From assembly GCA_964457915.1 (NCBI GenBank), contig CAYWFM010000001.1, forward strand, positions 34,623 through 98,622: 64,000 nucleotides of DNA, given 5' to 3'. The notes below the pieces were generated by a model that saw only the letters and a program-made list of their open reading frames with translations, was not told the origin of the DNA and did no database searches. The DNA comes from an uncultured Candidatus Saccharibacteria bacterium (GTDB lineage Bacteria > Patescibacteriota > Minisyncoccia > Phycocordibacterales > SBAW01). This document shows positions 9,581-18,608 of this stretch, piece after piece. The stretch's first letter is position 1, and the number at the start of each line of letters is the position of its first letter. The position numbers and the translations under genes are program-made.

Positions 9581-10191
9581 TAGTTGCCGAGGTTAGTCTT
9601 AAGGTTGCGTAGTGTAGCTCCCGCAGTCATGGTAAACGTACTTGTTCCGGTGCGACTATCTTTCGTGAATACCGTTAGCGCCATTTGCACGTATGTCACC
9701 TGCGCAATCGGTACAGGCTGTGCAAGCGGTATGGATGTTGTGGCGCCGGTATAATTCCCATCATAGTACGTAAAAATAGTCGCCGTGCTCGAAGCAAGTG
9801 GCGTGAGCGATGAGATTTGTTCAGATGCAACAGGATACGTGGGTGGTGTGCCAATTGGTCGGGTTACCCCTTTATACAACACTCCACTTGAGGTGAAGTA
9901 CCTTACTTTTTGTATCGAACCATCATAACTTCCATACGGGGTATAAAAAATAATTGCCGTAGAACTTGCTAGAGTGAGTGGGTACGAACCATCTCCCGCG
10001 GTTGTTGCATCACGAATTTCGTTAAGAAAGGCGTTAGTCACTATACGGGTCTTATCAATAGTACCAATAGCAAGTGGCTGTTGGGCCGTTAGCGAAAAGA
10101 TTTTTGCTATAGTCCCCACTGCCGCAGCCATAATAAGAAGGCCAACCGCCAGAGCAATGAGAAATTCTACTAGAGTGACGCCGCGGTTCAT
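9580..10191 (-). CDS. Type IV (pseudo)pilin, prepilin-peptidase substrate
   Basis: 203 aa. MNRG|VTLVEFLIALAVGLLI = short basic leader, Gly-1, Glu+5, hydrophobic N-terminal helix. Confidence 0.7.
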   Translation of the reverse strand: MNRGVTLVEFLIALAVGLLIMAAAVGTIAKIFSLTAQQPLAIGTIDKTRIVTNAFLNEIRDATTAGDGSYPLTLASSTAIIFYTPYGSYDGSIQKVRYFTSSGVLYKGVTRPIGTPPTYPVASEQISSLTPLASSTATIFTYYDGNYTGATTSIPLAQPVPIAQVTYVQMALTVFTKDSRTGTSTFTMTAGATLRNLKTNLGN

Positions 10192-11957
10192 TGGCTTAAT
10201 TGTACGCGCAACGTTTGCTGCCCCGACAGGGTGATGTTGCTAATGGTCTGCGTTTGGTATCCAGGCATCTGCACCTCGACCTGATAGCCCCCCGTTTGGG
10301 TTATGCCAGCAAACATAGATTGCCCGGGAGTATAACAGCCAGACATGTAGTTAATGGTGACGTTACTCAATACCGGCGTGGTGGTGGTGCTGGTGGTGGT
10401 GAGTAGCGCTTTGTAGCGTAGGTATCGCTTATTGTTGAGCACGCTATGTATGGTGGTTCCGGGGACTGTGTAGTATGTGCTCGCTGTTCCATCAGGGCCT
10501 ACAAAATTCCATGTTGCATTATCAGTATTTGCCGCTAGTTGAAACATGACCGAGGTAGATGCGCTTTGTGATTGTGGGTTCCAGGTAAGTGTCGAGAATG
10601 TTGTTGAAGCGGTACCGGTATCAAACGTCGATGATATGAGTGACCCTGAAGACACGTACGCACCACTCACCTGCGCGAGACGCACTCCATTTGGTTGCGT
10701 TTGTGTATCGATAGTACCGCTGTCGCTTGCGTACTTATTTGCTGCCAAAAAATCTTCTTGCCCAGAGCCTCCGGTCCAGTCTTCCTGGTACAAGATACTC
10801 CCGGCGGTGAGCTTGCTTGCGCTGTATCCGATACCGCTGTTTCGAAGAGTCACCGTGGCACCCTCAACCGAGTTACCCGTCGATGCGTCAGTCACCACAA
10901 CCAGTAAACTATTACTGGTAGCGGGCCCGAGCATAAGCGTTGACTGTTGCGCTGTATTGGGAAGTAAATTTATCTGCTGCAGCGGCGAAGAACCATACAA
11001 CATATAACTCCCCTTTGGTGTTGGGGTGTACGTATCCCATTCGATGGGATTTATGACAATCTTCCCGACACCATCGGTGGTGAAAGTCTGATCAAATTTT
11101 AAAACACCGGGTGTCCCTATAAGTTTCGCACCCTTCAATTGGATATCAGCTCCTGAAACAGGGCGACAGGTCTGGTCAACCGCCTTGAGTGTCAGAGCAC
11201 TTAATTGATCAATAGAGAAGCTAACCGAGGTGCTTTGTCCCACCAAAACAGTAGCGTCAGGTTTTGTAGGATTTGGGTTAGGCCCCGTGCTCGGGTAGGT
11301 TTGGTCGGTGGAGTAACCACTGTTTAAGGCAACGATGTGGTAGCTGTTCGCGCTCGCTTTCACTCCAACCTCGGTCCACTTCCCCTGGGCATCCGTGGTA
11401 CGCACCACATCCAGTGCCGGCACAATGGTTGGGTTTGTAATATGTACCGTTGCGCCAGGGACGGGCTGTCCGATAGCGTTTATAACACTCAAGACTAAAG
11501 CACCGCCAGTCGCCATATTTTCAATACCTTTTGGTACAACCGTGGTTACGAATGATGACTGATGGTTGGTAGTAAGATTTTTTATATATAGTTTGACCTG
11601 CTTGTAGTCCGTATCGGTGGGACCGGTGCCATCAGCGGGGTCATCAACATAGGCAACCGTGTAGTAGATTTGGTATTTTGCGCCATTATAGGCAACCTCC
11701 TGTGGATTTACGAGATCTGGTAATGGCCCTGAAGGATTACCCGTCTTGGTGCCCACTTGGGCGTATGGCAAATTGCGGGCAATTTCAATGTAGGATTGCG
11801 ACAGTGCAGCAACCGCCGCCGTATCTCGATAGGTGCGAAGACCCCGGATCGCAGCGGTACCTAGTGCAATAATAGAAAAAACGAGAAGGGCAAAAATAGC
11901 GAGCGATATGAGTGTTTCAACAAGCGTAAACCCTCGCACCATTCTGCGCGCATGCAT
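10188..11957 (-). CDS. Giant type IV pilin-like protein (589 aa) with class-III signal peptide
   Basis: MHARRMVRG|FTLVETLISLAIFALLVF prepilin motif with Glu+5, followed by ~550 aa of Thr/Ser/Gly-rich, probably Ig/CarboxypepD-like beta domains. 4-bp overlap with the next pilin gene. Confidence 0.65.
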   Translation of the reverse strand: MHARRMVRGFTLVETLISLAIFALLVFSIIALGTAAIRGLRTYRDTAAVAALSQSYIEIARNLPYAQVGTKTGNPSGPLPDLVNPQEVAYNGAKYQIYYTVAYVDDPADGTGPTDTDYKQVKLYIKNLTTNHQSSFVTTVVPKGIENMATGGALVLSVINAIGQPVPGATVHITNPTIVPALDVVRTTDAQGKWTEVGVKASANSYHIVALNSGYSTDQTYPSTGPNPNPTKPDATVLVGQSTSVSFSIDQLSALTLKAVDQTCRPVSGADIQLKGAKLIGTPGVLKFDQTFTTDGVGKIVINPIEWDTYTPTPKGSYMLYGSSPLQQINLLPNTAQQSTLMLGPATSNSLLVVVTDASTGNSVEGATVTLRNSGIGYSASKLTAGSILYQEDWTGGSGQEDFLAANKYASDSGTIDTQTQPNGVRLAQVSGAYVSSGSLISSTFDTGTASTTFSTLTWNPQSQSASTSVMFQLAANTDNATWNFVGPDGTASTYYTVPGTTIHSVLNNKRYLRYKALLTTTSTTTTPVLSNVTINYMSGCYTPGQSMFAGITQTGGYQVEVQMPGYQTQTISNITLSGQQTLRVQLSQ

Positions 11958-11978
11958 AAAAAAATGATAGCACGCGGT

Positions 11979-13622
11979 TTACGAAGCGGTTTGTACCAAA
12001 AGCGGAATATCAACGAAAAACTGCGTCCCCTTCCCCACCCCTTCAGACGCCGCAGTGATAACGCCATGATGTGACTCCACAAACGTTTTCACAATAAAGA
12101 GCCCTAGGCCCGAACCATTGTTGTTTACCTCTTGTGCATTGTCGCCACGGGTAAATTTTGAGAACATACGCTTGAGCGTTTCTTCACTCATCCCGATACC
12201 GGTGTCGCGTATTTCTACGTGAGCCATTGAGGTGCCTGGCATTTTTCGTAACATGATCGAAATATTGCCCTTGGGGGTATATTTTGTTGCGTTGTCGATA
12301 ATGTTGCTGAAAACTTGTTTTAGTTTTCCACCATCGCCCCAAACCATAACCTTCTCTTCAGGGACGGACACTTCAATTTGCAATCCTTTCTTTTCAACAC
12401 CGGGGCGCAACTCGCTACCGACGCTGGTGATAAGCGCCGCCAAATCAACAGGGCCAAACTGGTACTGCATCCTCCCCTGCTCAATGCGAGATACATCAAG
12501 GTAATCGTTGATCATCACTGCCATACCGGAACTTTCATCAATGAGCGTCTTCATGGCGGCTTTCAGGTTGTCCGGTAGCGGCCCATAGGTGCCATCCATA
12601 ATGGAGTCGATACTCCAGCGAATAGCGGTAAGAGGTGTTCGCAGTTGGTGTGACGCAAAAGAAAGGAACTCGCTTTTCTCTTTGTCGATTTCGCGCAACC
12701 GCGCATTGGACACCTCCAGCTCCCGCTCTTGCTTTTCAATAAGCTCGCGCTGCTTCACCTCTCGATTAACGCTACGTACCAGGAAATAGCCAAACATGAG
12801 CATAAAAACTAAGACAAACCCATCCAATATTGCAAAATTTATATCTGGCTCTGCAAATAATTTTCCAAAAAGGACAATATCGATGGTCGCAATCAAAGAT
12901 TGGGTGAGGAGAATTTTTATATCAAATAAATGATATTGCGTAATAGCGTACGCAGTTATTCCTAAGAAACCAAGCACATATAAAGGGGTAAATTGTAAAA
13001 AAAATGTGGTATTGAAAAAGAGCAATGGAATTAAAATGGTCAAAATGATAAGTCCCAAAAGAAAAATAATACCAAGAAGCATGGTGCCCAACTGTCGCCT
13101 CGTTTCACTCTCTGCACGAAAATATGACGTCGTTAAAAAATAAAGAGAGAGGATTGCAAAAATCGTAGAAATAACAACAAATGGCAACAGCCCGACTCCT
13201 GCCTGAGGCTCACTGAGTCCTTCTATTTGTTGGACTCCAACAAAAGCATACGGTGAGAGATTGAGGCCCATCATAAGCAGTGTAGCCGCTATAGAGATAT
13301 ACAAACCTTTTTTCGGAAGGGTTATGGTTTGAGAAGGCATAATATAGCCCAAGAGAAATAGGGAAAAACTCATTGGCGCAGCAAAAAAGATTCCCAAACG
13401 ATGTAGCGAAAGAGACGCGCTATTCAGCTCTGGTATACGCACTAAAAAAGTATCCAGCATCCATAGCGTGGTAAAAAAACTTAGGACACAGAAGATTCTA
13501 TTGGTCGCACTATTGGGATTATTTCTGTACACCAAAAATCCCATAATAGTAGAACCGACCAATGCCAACACAAAAGCAACGAGAGAAAGAGGTGAATCGT
13601 ATGGAAGAGTAATATGAATCAT
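11979..13622 (-). CDS. Membrane-bound sensor histidine kinase (multi-TM N-terminus, HisKA + HATPase_c)
   Basis: H-box SHQLRTPLTAIRWS, N/G1/G2 boxes (DNATKYT, DTGIGM, GSGLGL). ~8 predicted TM helices in the first 300 aa. The start is set at MIHITL, giving an ATGA overlap with the upstream nitroreductase-fold gene. Confidence 0.85.
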   Translation of the reverse strand: MIHITLPYDSPLSLVAFVLALVGSTIMGFLVYRNNPNSATNRIFCVLSFFTTLWMLDTFLVRIPELNSASLSLHRLGIFFAAPMSFSLFLLGYIMPSQTITLPKKGLYISIAATLLMMGLNLSPYAFVGVQQIEGLSEPQAGVGLLPFVVISTIFAILSLYFLTTSYFRAESETRRQLGTMLLGIIFLLGLIILTILIPLLFFNTTFFLQFTPLYVLGFLGITAYAITQYHLFDIKILLTQSLIATIDIVLFGKLFAEPDINFAILDGFVLVFMLMFGYFLVRSVNREVKQRELIEKQERELEVSNARLREIDKEKSEFLSFASHQLRTPLTAIRWSIDSIMDGTYGPLPDNLKAAMKTLIDESSGMAVMINDYLDVSRIEQGRMQYQFGPVDLAALITSVGSELRPGVEKKGLQIEVSVPEEKVMVWGDGGKLKQVFSNIIDNATKYTPKGNISIMLRKMPGTSMAHVEIRDTGIGMSEETLKRMFSKFTRGDNAQEVNNNGSGLGLFIVKTFVESHHGVITAASEGVGKGTQFFVDIPLLVQTAS

Positions 13623-14683
13623 ATGTGGACTTTTCGAACGTGTGGATGCTGTTTGTGTGCATGTGCAGATGGAGCTGGCCCATATCCCACACGACAAATC
13701 ATTGAGATACGGCGATTCGGTGGCACCATTGCCAATCTCTCTAAACGTTCTTCAGTACTCTTTATAAGCAGGGCGTGAGCCTCAGAAAAAGCTTGTGCAT
13801 CACCTCCTCGTACTCTCTGTCCAAGATACGGCATTGCTCCTAATGGGTGCACGGAAAGACCGTGAGTCATCGCGGTAAGCCATACCCTCTCCAGGGCTCG
13901 GCCTGTATTAAAAAATGATACATTGCTTTGTTCGGAAATAGTGAACACCAGTATAGCGGAACAAGCTGCATAGGTTATCTGAGATTGTTTTGAAATGAAA
14001 CGAGAAAACCCAAAACGATTCAAAAACGAAACCACCTTCCAAGAAGGAAGTACGTACCGAAACATAAGCGCAACAGGAGGGGGAAACTCCATTGTTTTAA
14101 TGTATAGACCTGGATCTTGCTGCTCTTCTTTTACATTCCAGCGTATCTTGGTGAACAAAAAATCATGCAGTGTTTTATTTTCCATGAGCAGGCGTTCATT
14201 AACACTTATGCATGCAGCCATCTCTTTAATGATTTTAGGATCTTCAACACACGTCATCAAAACATCTTCTGGAAGAATTGTGAGTTGAGTTATGGCTCGG
14301 AGAGATTCTGGCGTAAGGGGTGTCCTTTTATAGAGCTTGCGATTGGTTGTTCTCTGTTTGATTGCTTGAGTTATTTCATTTGAACTCTTTTCAGCCGGAC
14401 TAAATATAAGATGAGCTACGCAATCCTTTTCTTTTTGAAACGCTAGCACCTCCACCGAGTATCCTTCTTGTTTAGCAAGTAGTGCTATATTTTCAACGAG
14501 TGCGCCGTGCCCAAGATACGATCCTCTCTCTTTATAATTATAAAGGGTGTCATCTGCGCCAGTTTTGTTATAAATCATTAAACCATCCTCAAGAATCTCA
14601 AATTCCCATGGTTGTGCGTTATCACCGGAAGGAGCGTTCACCGCTATCGGTAAAATTTTTTCAATAATTTCTTTTACGATCAC
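13619..14683 (-). CDS. Nitroreductase-superfamily protein, double-length (354 aa; SagB/McbC-like or Acg-like tandem nitroreductase fold)
   Basis: N-terminal APSGDNAQPWEFEI matches the PSxxNxQPW signature of the FMN nitroreductase fold, and an RxxxRK(L/F) motif lies further in. The length is about twice a canonical nitroreductase. Confidence 0.55.
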   Translation of the reverse strand: MIVKEIIEKILPIAVNAPSGDNAQPWEFEILEDGLMIYNKTGADDTLYNYKERGSYLGHGALVENIALLAKQEGYSVEVLAFQKEKDCVAHLIFSPAEKSSNEITQAIKQRTTNRKLYKRTPLTPESLRAITQLTILPEDVLMTCVEDPKIIKEMAACISVNERLLMENKTLHDFLFTKIRWNVKEEQQDPGLYIKTMEFPPPVALMFRYVLPSWKVVSFLNRFGFSRFISKQSQITYAACSAILVFTISEQSNVSFFNTGRALERVWLTAMTHGLSVHPLGAMPYLGQRVRGGDAQAFSEAHALLIKSTEERLERLAMVPPNRRISMICRVGYGPAPSAHAHKQHPHVRKVHI

Positions 14684-14685
14684 GC

Positions 14686-16122
14686 TTGTATTATACTATC
14701 AACAATCCCTCCATGAATCAGTTTTCCCGGGCAGAGCAAGAAGCCATCGAACTTTTTAGACACGCGGCCGCAGGAGTCCCTGCGTACAAAGATTTTTTAC
14801 GCAAACACAAGATAAACCCTGACAAAATACTAACGTTTGAAGACTTTAAAAAAATACCCCCAACAAACAAGCCTGATTACATTAGCGCTTATTCTTTACA
14901 AGAACTAAGCTGGGACGGAACTTTGGCCCACTCACCCTACATATCATCAAGTTCTGGATCTACAGGAATACCCTTTTATTGGCCTCGGGGTAATTATCAA
15001 AATAAAATTGTTGGTAAAATTTTTCAAAACATATTTGAAAAAATATTTTACACCAAAGAAGGTTCGACTCTTTTTGTGAACCTTTTCGCGCTCGGCACTT
15101 GGATTGCCGGGCTCGAATTTTATAATGGGGCAAAATACGTTGCCGACACGGGAAATGCTATAAACATAGTTACGCCTGGTATAGAAAAAAAGGTCGCTCT
15201 TGACGCTATTGTTCGTCTGGGACCCCTTTACGATCGCATCGTCTTAGCTGGCTATCCCCCGTTTGTTAAAGATGTTATCGACTCTGGGTTTACCGTTGGA
15301 ATTGATTGGTCAAAATATAATGTATACCTCCTTACCGGAGGAGAAGCGTTCAGTGAACTCTGGAGAAATCATGTACATAGAAAATTGGGGGCACCAGAAG
15401 CTTCACAAAAAATAATTAATATCTATGGTATGGCAGAAACCGGAGTGGTCGGACACGAAACACCTCTCACCATTTTACTTAGAAAAAATTTACAAACTCT
15501 AGGAACCATATATCAACCATCGACGCCTGGAACTGGCGCACCAGCACTATATGCGTACAACCCTCTGGTGCGTTTTTTTGAAGTAGGAGATGATCAATCT
15601 CTCTTGCTTACGTCTCGAGCAGGTTTGCCTCTTATCAGATACAACACTCGCGATCAGGGAGGTCTCATATCAAGTAAAGAGATCCGTGCAATGGCCACAG
15701 TTGTACCAGCAACACGAGAGTGCCTGTCTGCGTGGCGCACACCTGTTGTGTATTTACATGGGCGCAAAGATTTGTCCCTTTCTTTTTACGCACTCAATGT
15801 ATATATAGAAAACATCAAACACTGCTTTGAGAGCTACGCTGAAGCAAAAAGTTTTTCAGGCCTGTTTACTATGCGAGTAGCAAATTCTAGAAATTTTGAC
15901 CAACAATTTCATATTGTTGCCGAATTAGCACTTGAAACAAAACAGCACGACACAAAACAACTAGTTTTACACATATTAAAAACTCTTCCCACGATAAACA
16001 GCGAGTATGGAAAACTTTTGCAGTCCCTTGGGAAACGCGCACACCCTAAAGTCAGCTTAGTACCATACGGTAAATTAGATACGATACCGGGGAAAAAACA
16101 TCGGTGGGTTCGCAAAGGGTAA
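14686..16122 (+). CDS. PaaK/coenzyme F390 synthetase-like adenylate-forming enzyme
   Basis: 478 aa. SSSGSTGIPFYWPR at ~90 matches the (S/T)SGTTGxP AMP-binding P-loop position of the phenylacetate-CoA ligase family. Overall length and architecture fit PaaK/CapK-like. Confidence 0.6.
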   Translation: MYYTINNPSMNQFSRAEQEAIELFRHAAAGVPAYKDFLRKHKINPDKILTFEDFKKIPPTNKPDYISAYSLQELSWDGTLAHSPYISSSSGSTGIPFYWPRGNYQNKIVGKIFQNIFEKIFYTKEGSTLFVNLFALGTWIAGLEFYNGAKYVADTGNAINIVTPGIEKKVALDAIVRLGPLYDRIVLAGYPPFVKDVIDSGFTVGIDWSKYNVYLLTGGEAFSELWRNHVHRKLGAPEASQKIINIYGMAETGVVGHETPLTILLRKNLQTLGTIYQPSTPGTGAPALYAYNPLVRFFEVGDDQSLLLTSRAGLPLIRYNTRDQGGLISSKEIRAMATVVPATRECLSAWRTPVVYLHGRKDLSLSFYALNVYIENIKHCFESYAEAKSFSGLFTMRVANSRNFDQQFHIVAELALETKQHDTKQLVLHILKTLPTINSEYGKLLQSLGKRAHPKVSLVPYGKLDTIPGKKHRWVRKG

Positions 16123-17157
16123 CTACTTATCGAGTCTCTCTGATGGCTGCAGTGCCAGGTCACAACCCATCACATAACGACCCGAGGGCAGCGATGACCC
16201 CAGAGCAAGCGAACGAACTGCGTACGCCACAGCAACACCAGCGAGTGATGCGGCCGTCCCAAGTTGGGCTATCCCAGAAAGGGTTTTACCCACCTCTTGT
16301 ACTGACTTTTCTTGTCGCTCAGTGAATAAAGAAGGATCTATAATTTGATTTGCAAGAGAAACAAATCGCTCGCGAGACATGTTTTTGAGGTTAGATGGAA
16401 CTCGTTTAATACGACCATGAAAAATAGGTTGTTTTGTATCGCAGTCAAAGCGTTCAACATCAAGAATTACACTATCGCCATTATCGGTAGCCATGAGAAC
16501 AGGAATCCCTGCCTTTTTACAAGCAAATCGTACGGCAAACTTCATCGCAATATCATCCATCTCATCAACCAACACATCGAGATTATTGATGAACTCCGGC
16601 AATGATGCAATTTCAACACCCCTATCCCATGATTCTATTTTTAGGAACGGGTCTATCTCCCAAGCAGCTCGCGCCGCTATAGTAACTTTAGGCAACCCAA
16701 CATCAAGCACTGTCCCGCGAATTCGATTAAGGTTAGTAATTTCCAAAATATCTGGGTCGGCAATTCGTAACATTTTTGGACCACCTGTCGAAACTAACGA
16801 TTGCAGTACTGCAGAACCAACAGAAAGCCCCAATATGCCCACCTTACTTGCACGATATACTAGCTGTTCATCGGGCAAGATGAGGTTTCGATTACGGGCT
16901 GTACGTAAACGAAAATAAATCGACTCCTCAGGTAGACAAACTGCCACATTCCTCCACGGGAAATACACCCACACACAAGGACGCTCTCGTACTTGCTTTC
17001 GAACATACTTCTCCAATACAGCCGCGTCGTGTCTCCCTTTTGCTATATGTGGGTGTTCAACAAAATACAATTCAGTGAAAGCACTTTTCCGCGTATCAAT
17101 TTTTTTACAGGTACGCGGAAGTTTTTGAGAGGCGGTAAAAAAAATTGGTTTTTGCAC
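16123..17157 (-). CDS. E1-like (ThiF/MoeB/MccB family) adenylyltransferase with ~100-aa N-terminal extra domain
   Basis: Rossmann GxGxxG (ILGLSVGSAVLQSL), ITNLNRI (ThiF xxNLNRQ motif) and D-x-x-D (VLVDEMDD) are present. No CxxC zinc motif seen. The N-terminal 100 aa is unrelated to the E1 fold. Confidence 0.75.
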   Translation of the reverse strand: MQKPIFFTASQKLPRTCKKIDTRKSAFTELYFVEHPHIAKGRHDAAVLEKYVRKQVRERPCVWVYFPWRNVAVCLPEESIYFRLRTARNRNLILPDEQLVYRASKVGILGLSVGSAVLQSLVSTGGPKMLRIADPDILEITNLNRIRGTVLDVGLPKVTIAARAAWEIDPFLKIESWDRGVEIASLPEFINNLDVLVDEMDDIAMKFAVRFACKKAGIPVLMATDNGDSVILDVERFDCDTKQPIFHGRIKRVPSNLKNMSRERFVSLANQIIDPSLFTERQEKSVQEVGKTLSGIAQLGTAASLAGVAVAYAVRSLALGSSLPSGRYVMGCDLALQPSERLDK

Positions 17158-17162
17158 GTTAC

Positions 17163-17558
17163 TTATCCCCTTCCAAGTGCTTCGCGGATCTTGTCTACTA
17201 CAATGACCGGCGTCGTGTCTGCCTTAACCAAGTAGAACACCGGTTCGTATACCTCGATCGCTTTAATTATCTGGTTACTGTCGGGGGTAAGGTTGGTGAG
17301 CATGATGACGGGCACCTGCGCACCATAGGGAATGTTTTTGCGCAGCTGCTGTAGCATAGAGAGCCCGTCGGTCCCTGGCATCATGATATCGAGCACAATA
17401 ACTGCCGGGTGTTTGCGCAACGCAAACTCAAGCCCTTCAGCTCCATCGCCTGCTTCGATGACCTCATAGCCGGCATCTCGCATTTTTTGAGTGAGGAGGC
17501 CACGCAATGTTTTTTCGTCTTCGACGATGAGTATGGTTTGTCCCTGTGTCTGTGCCAT
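17163..17558 (-). CDS. Stand-alone CheY-like response regulator receiver (no output domain)
   Basis: 131 aa. ILIVEDE...VLDIMMPGTDG...K conserved receiver residues. 5 bp upstream of the E1-like gene in the same orientation. Confidence 0.85.
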   Translation of the reverse strand: MAQTQGQTILIVEDEKTLRGLLTQKMRDAGYEVIEAGDGAEGLEFALRKHPAVIVLDIMMPGTDGLSMLQQLRKNIPYGAQVPVIMLTNLTPDSNQIIKAIEVYEPVFYLVKADTTPVIVVDKIREALGRG

Positions 17559-17617
17559 ATATAAAGTATACCGTGGTTTTGAAAGTAAAGAAAAAGGTGG
17601 GTATATGAATATGTCTC

Positions 17618-17692
17618 TGGTGCCCCCGCGAGGAATCGAACCTCGATAGCCGGCTTAGAAGTCCGGAGTTCTATCCATTAAACTACAGGGGC
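17618..17692 (-). tRNA. tRNA-Arg (anticodon TCT)
   Basis: Minus-strand cloverleaf: acceptor GCCCCTG/CGGGGGC, anticodon loop CTTCTAA, T-loop GGTTCGATTCC, CCA encoded. Confidence 0.8.
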
Positions 17693-17730
17693 GGTATGAT
17701 GCTCGTGTACAATACCATTGTGCCACAATC

Positions 17731-18255
17731 ATGACTAGACTTCTGAAACAAAAATACTGGCATGAACTTTTTGAGGCCGGCGTCGCACTCAAAGCATTTA
17801 ACAGTGTGTGGGAGACCGCTGGTGGAGTCCTGCTGTTAACCGGGCTCCATTCGTGGATATCTCGAGGGTTTGTGTTTATTACGAGTAGTACCTTTTTTGG
17901 TGACAGGCACGAGTTTATCTTTCGTCTCCTAGATAGCCAGCTCCACCATCTTAACGTCGTATCAACACGCACCTTCGTGGGAGCATATCTCCTCTTTCAT
18001 GGCATCATGAATGCCTTTTTAGCATACAATCTCTACCGCAATCGTCTCTGGGCCTACCCTACCATGATCGCGTTTTCTTCTATCTTTTTTGTCTATCAAG
18101 TATTTCGGCTCTTCCACACCCACTCACTCATGCTCCTTGCGGTGAGTGTGTTTGATATTGTGTTTATTCTTCTCACGTGGCACGAGTGGCGCCATCAAAC
18201 ACGCAAACGTCAGCGCGCAGTAGAGCCCACCGGTGCTGAAGATTCAAACAGATAG
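17731..18255 (+). CDS. Hypothetical integral membrane protein (4 TM)
   Basis: Hydrophobic helices (GGVLLLTGLHSW, FVGAYLLFHGIM, AYPTMIAFSSIFFVY). No recognisable motif. Confidence 0.45.
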   Translation: MTRLLKQKYWHELFEAGVALKAFNSVWETAGGVLLLTGLHSWISRGFVFITSSTFFGDRHEFIFRLLDSQLHHLNVVSTRTFVGAYLLFHGIMNAFLAYNLYRNRLWAYPTMIAFSSIFFVYQVFRLFHTHSLMLLAVSVFDIVFILLTWHEWRHQTRKRQRAVEPTGAEDSNR

Positions 18256-18599
18256 AGGGGGCCGAGTTCTCCCTCGGGTGTCGTGTCCCCGCCGGTTGCT
18301 AAAATCATCGCCTGACTTTCAAGGCCCATCAACTTTCTTGGTTCAAGATTGGTGACAAAGGCGCAGCGCTTCCCAACAAGCTTTGTGAGATCGGGAAAAT
18401 GTTTCGCAATACCGGAGACCACCTGCCTTATTTCTTGCTCAGCAACAACCTCGGCCGAATCTTCTGTAGAAGGTTTTAGGCCAAAATTAACCTGCAACTT
18501 CAACAGCTTCTCTGACCCCTCCACCGGCTCAGCAGAGACTATCTCGCCAATACGGATCTCTACCTTTTTAAATGCATCTATCGAAATGTAATCGCTCAT
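18210..18599 (-). CDS. tRNA-binding domain protein (CsaA/Trbp111/MetRS-C-terminal-like OB fold)
   Basis: 129 aa. VEIRIGEIVSAE...KLLKLQVNFG...VVSGI pattern of the EMAP/tRNA-binding OB domain. Confidence 0.7.
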   Translation of the reverse strand: MSDYISIDAFKKVEIRIGEIVSAEPVEGSEKLLKLQVNFGLKPSTEDSAEVVAEQEIRQVVSGIAKHFPDLTKLVGKRCAFVTNLEPRKLMGLESQAMILATGGDTTPEGELGPLYLFESSAPVGSTAR

Positions 18600-18608
18600 G
18601 GCGGTATA

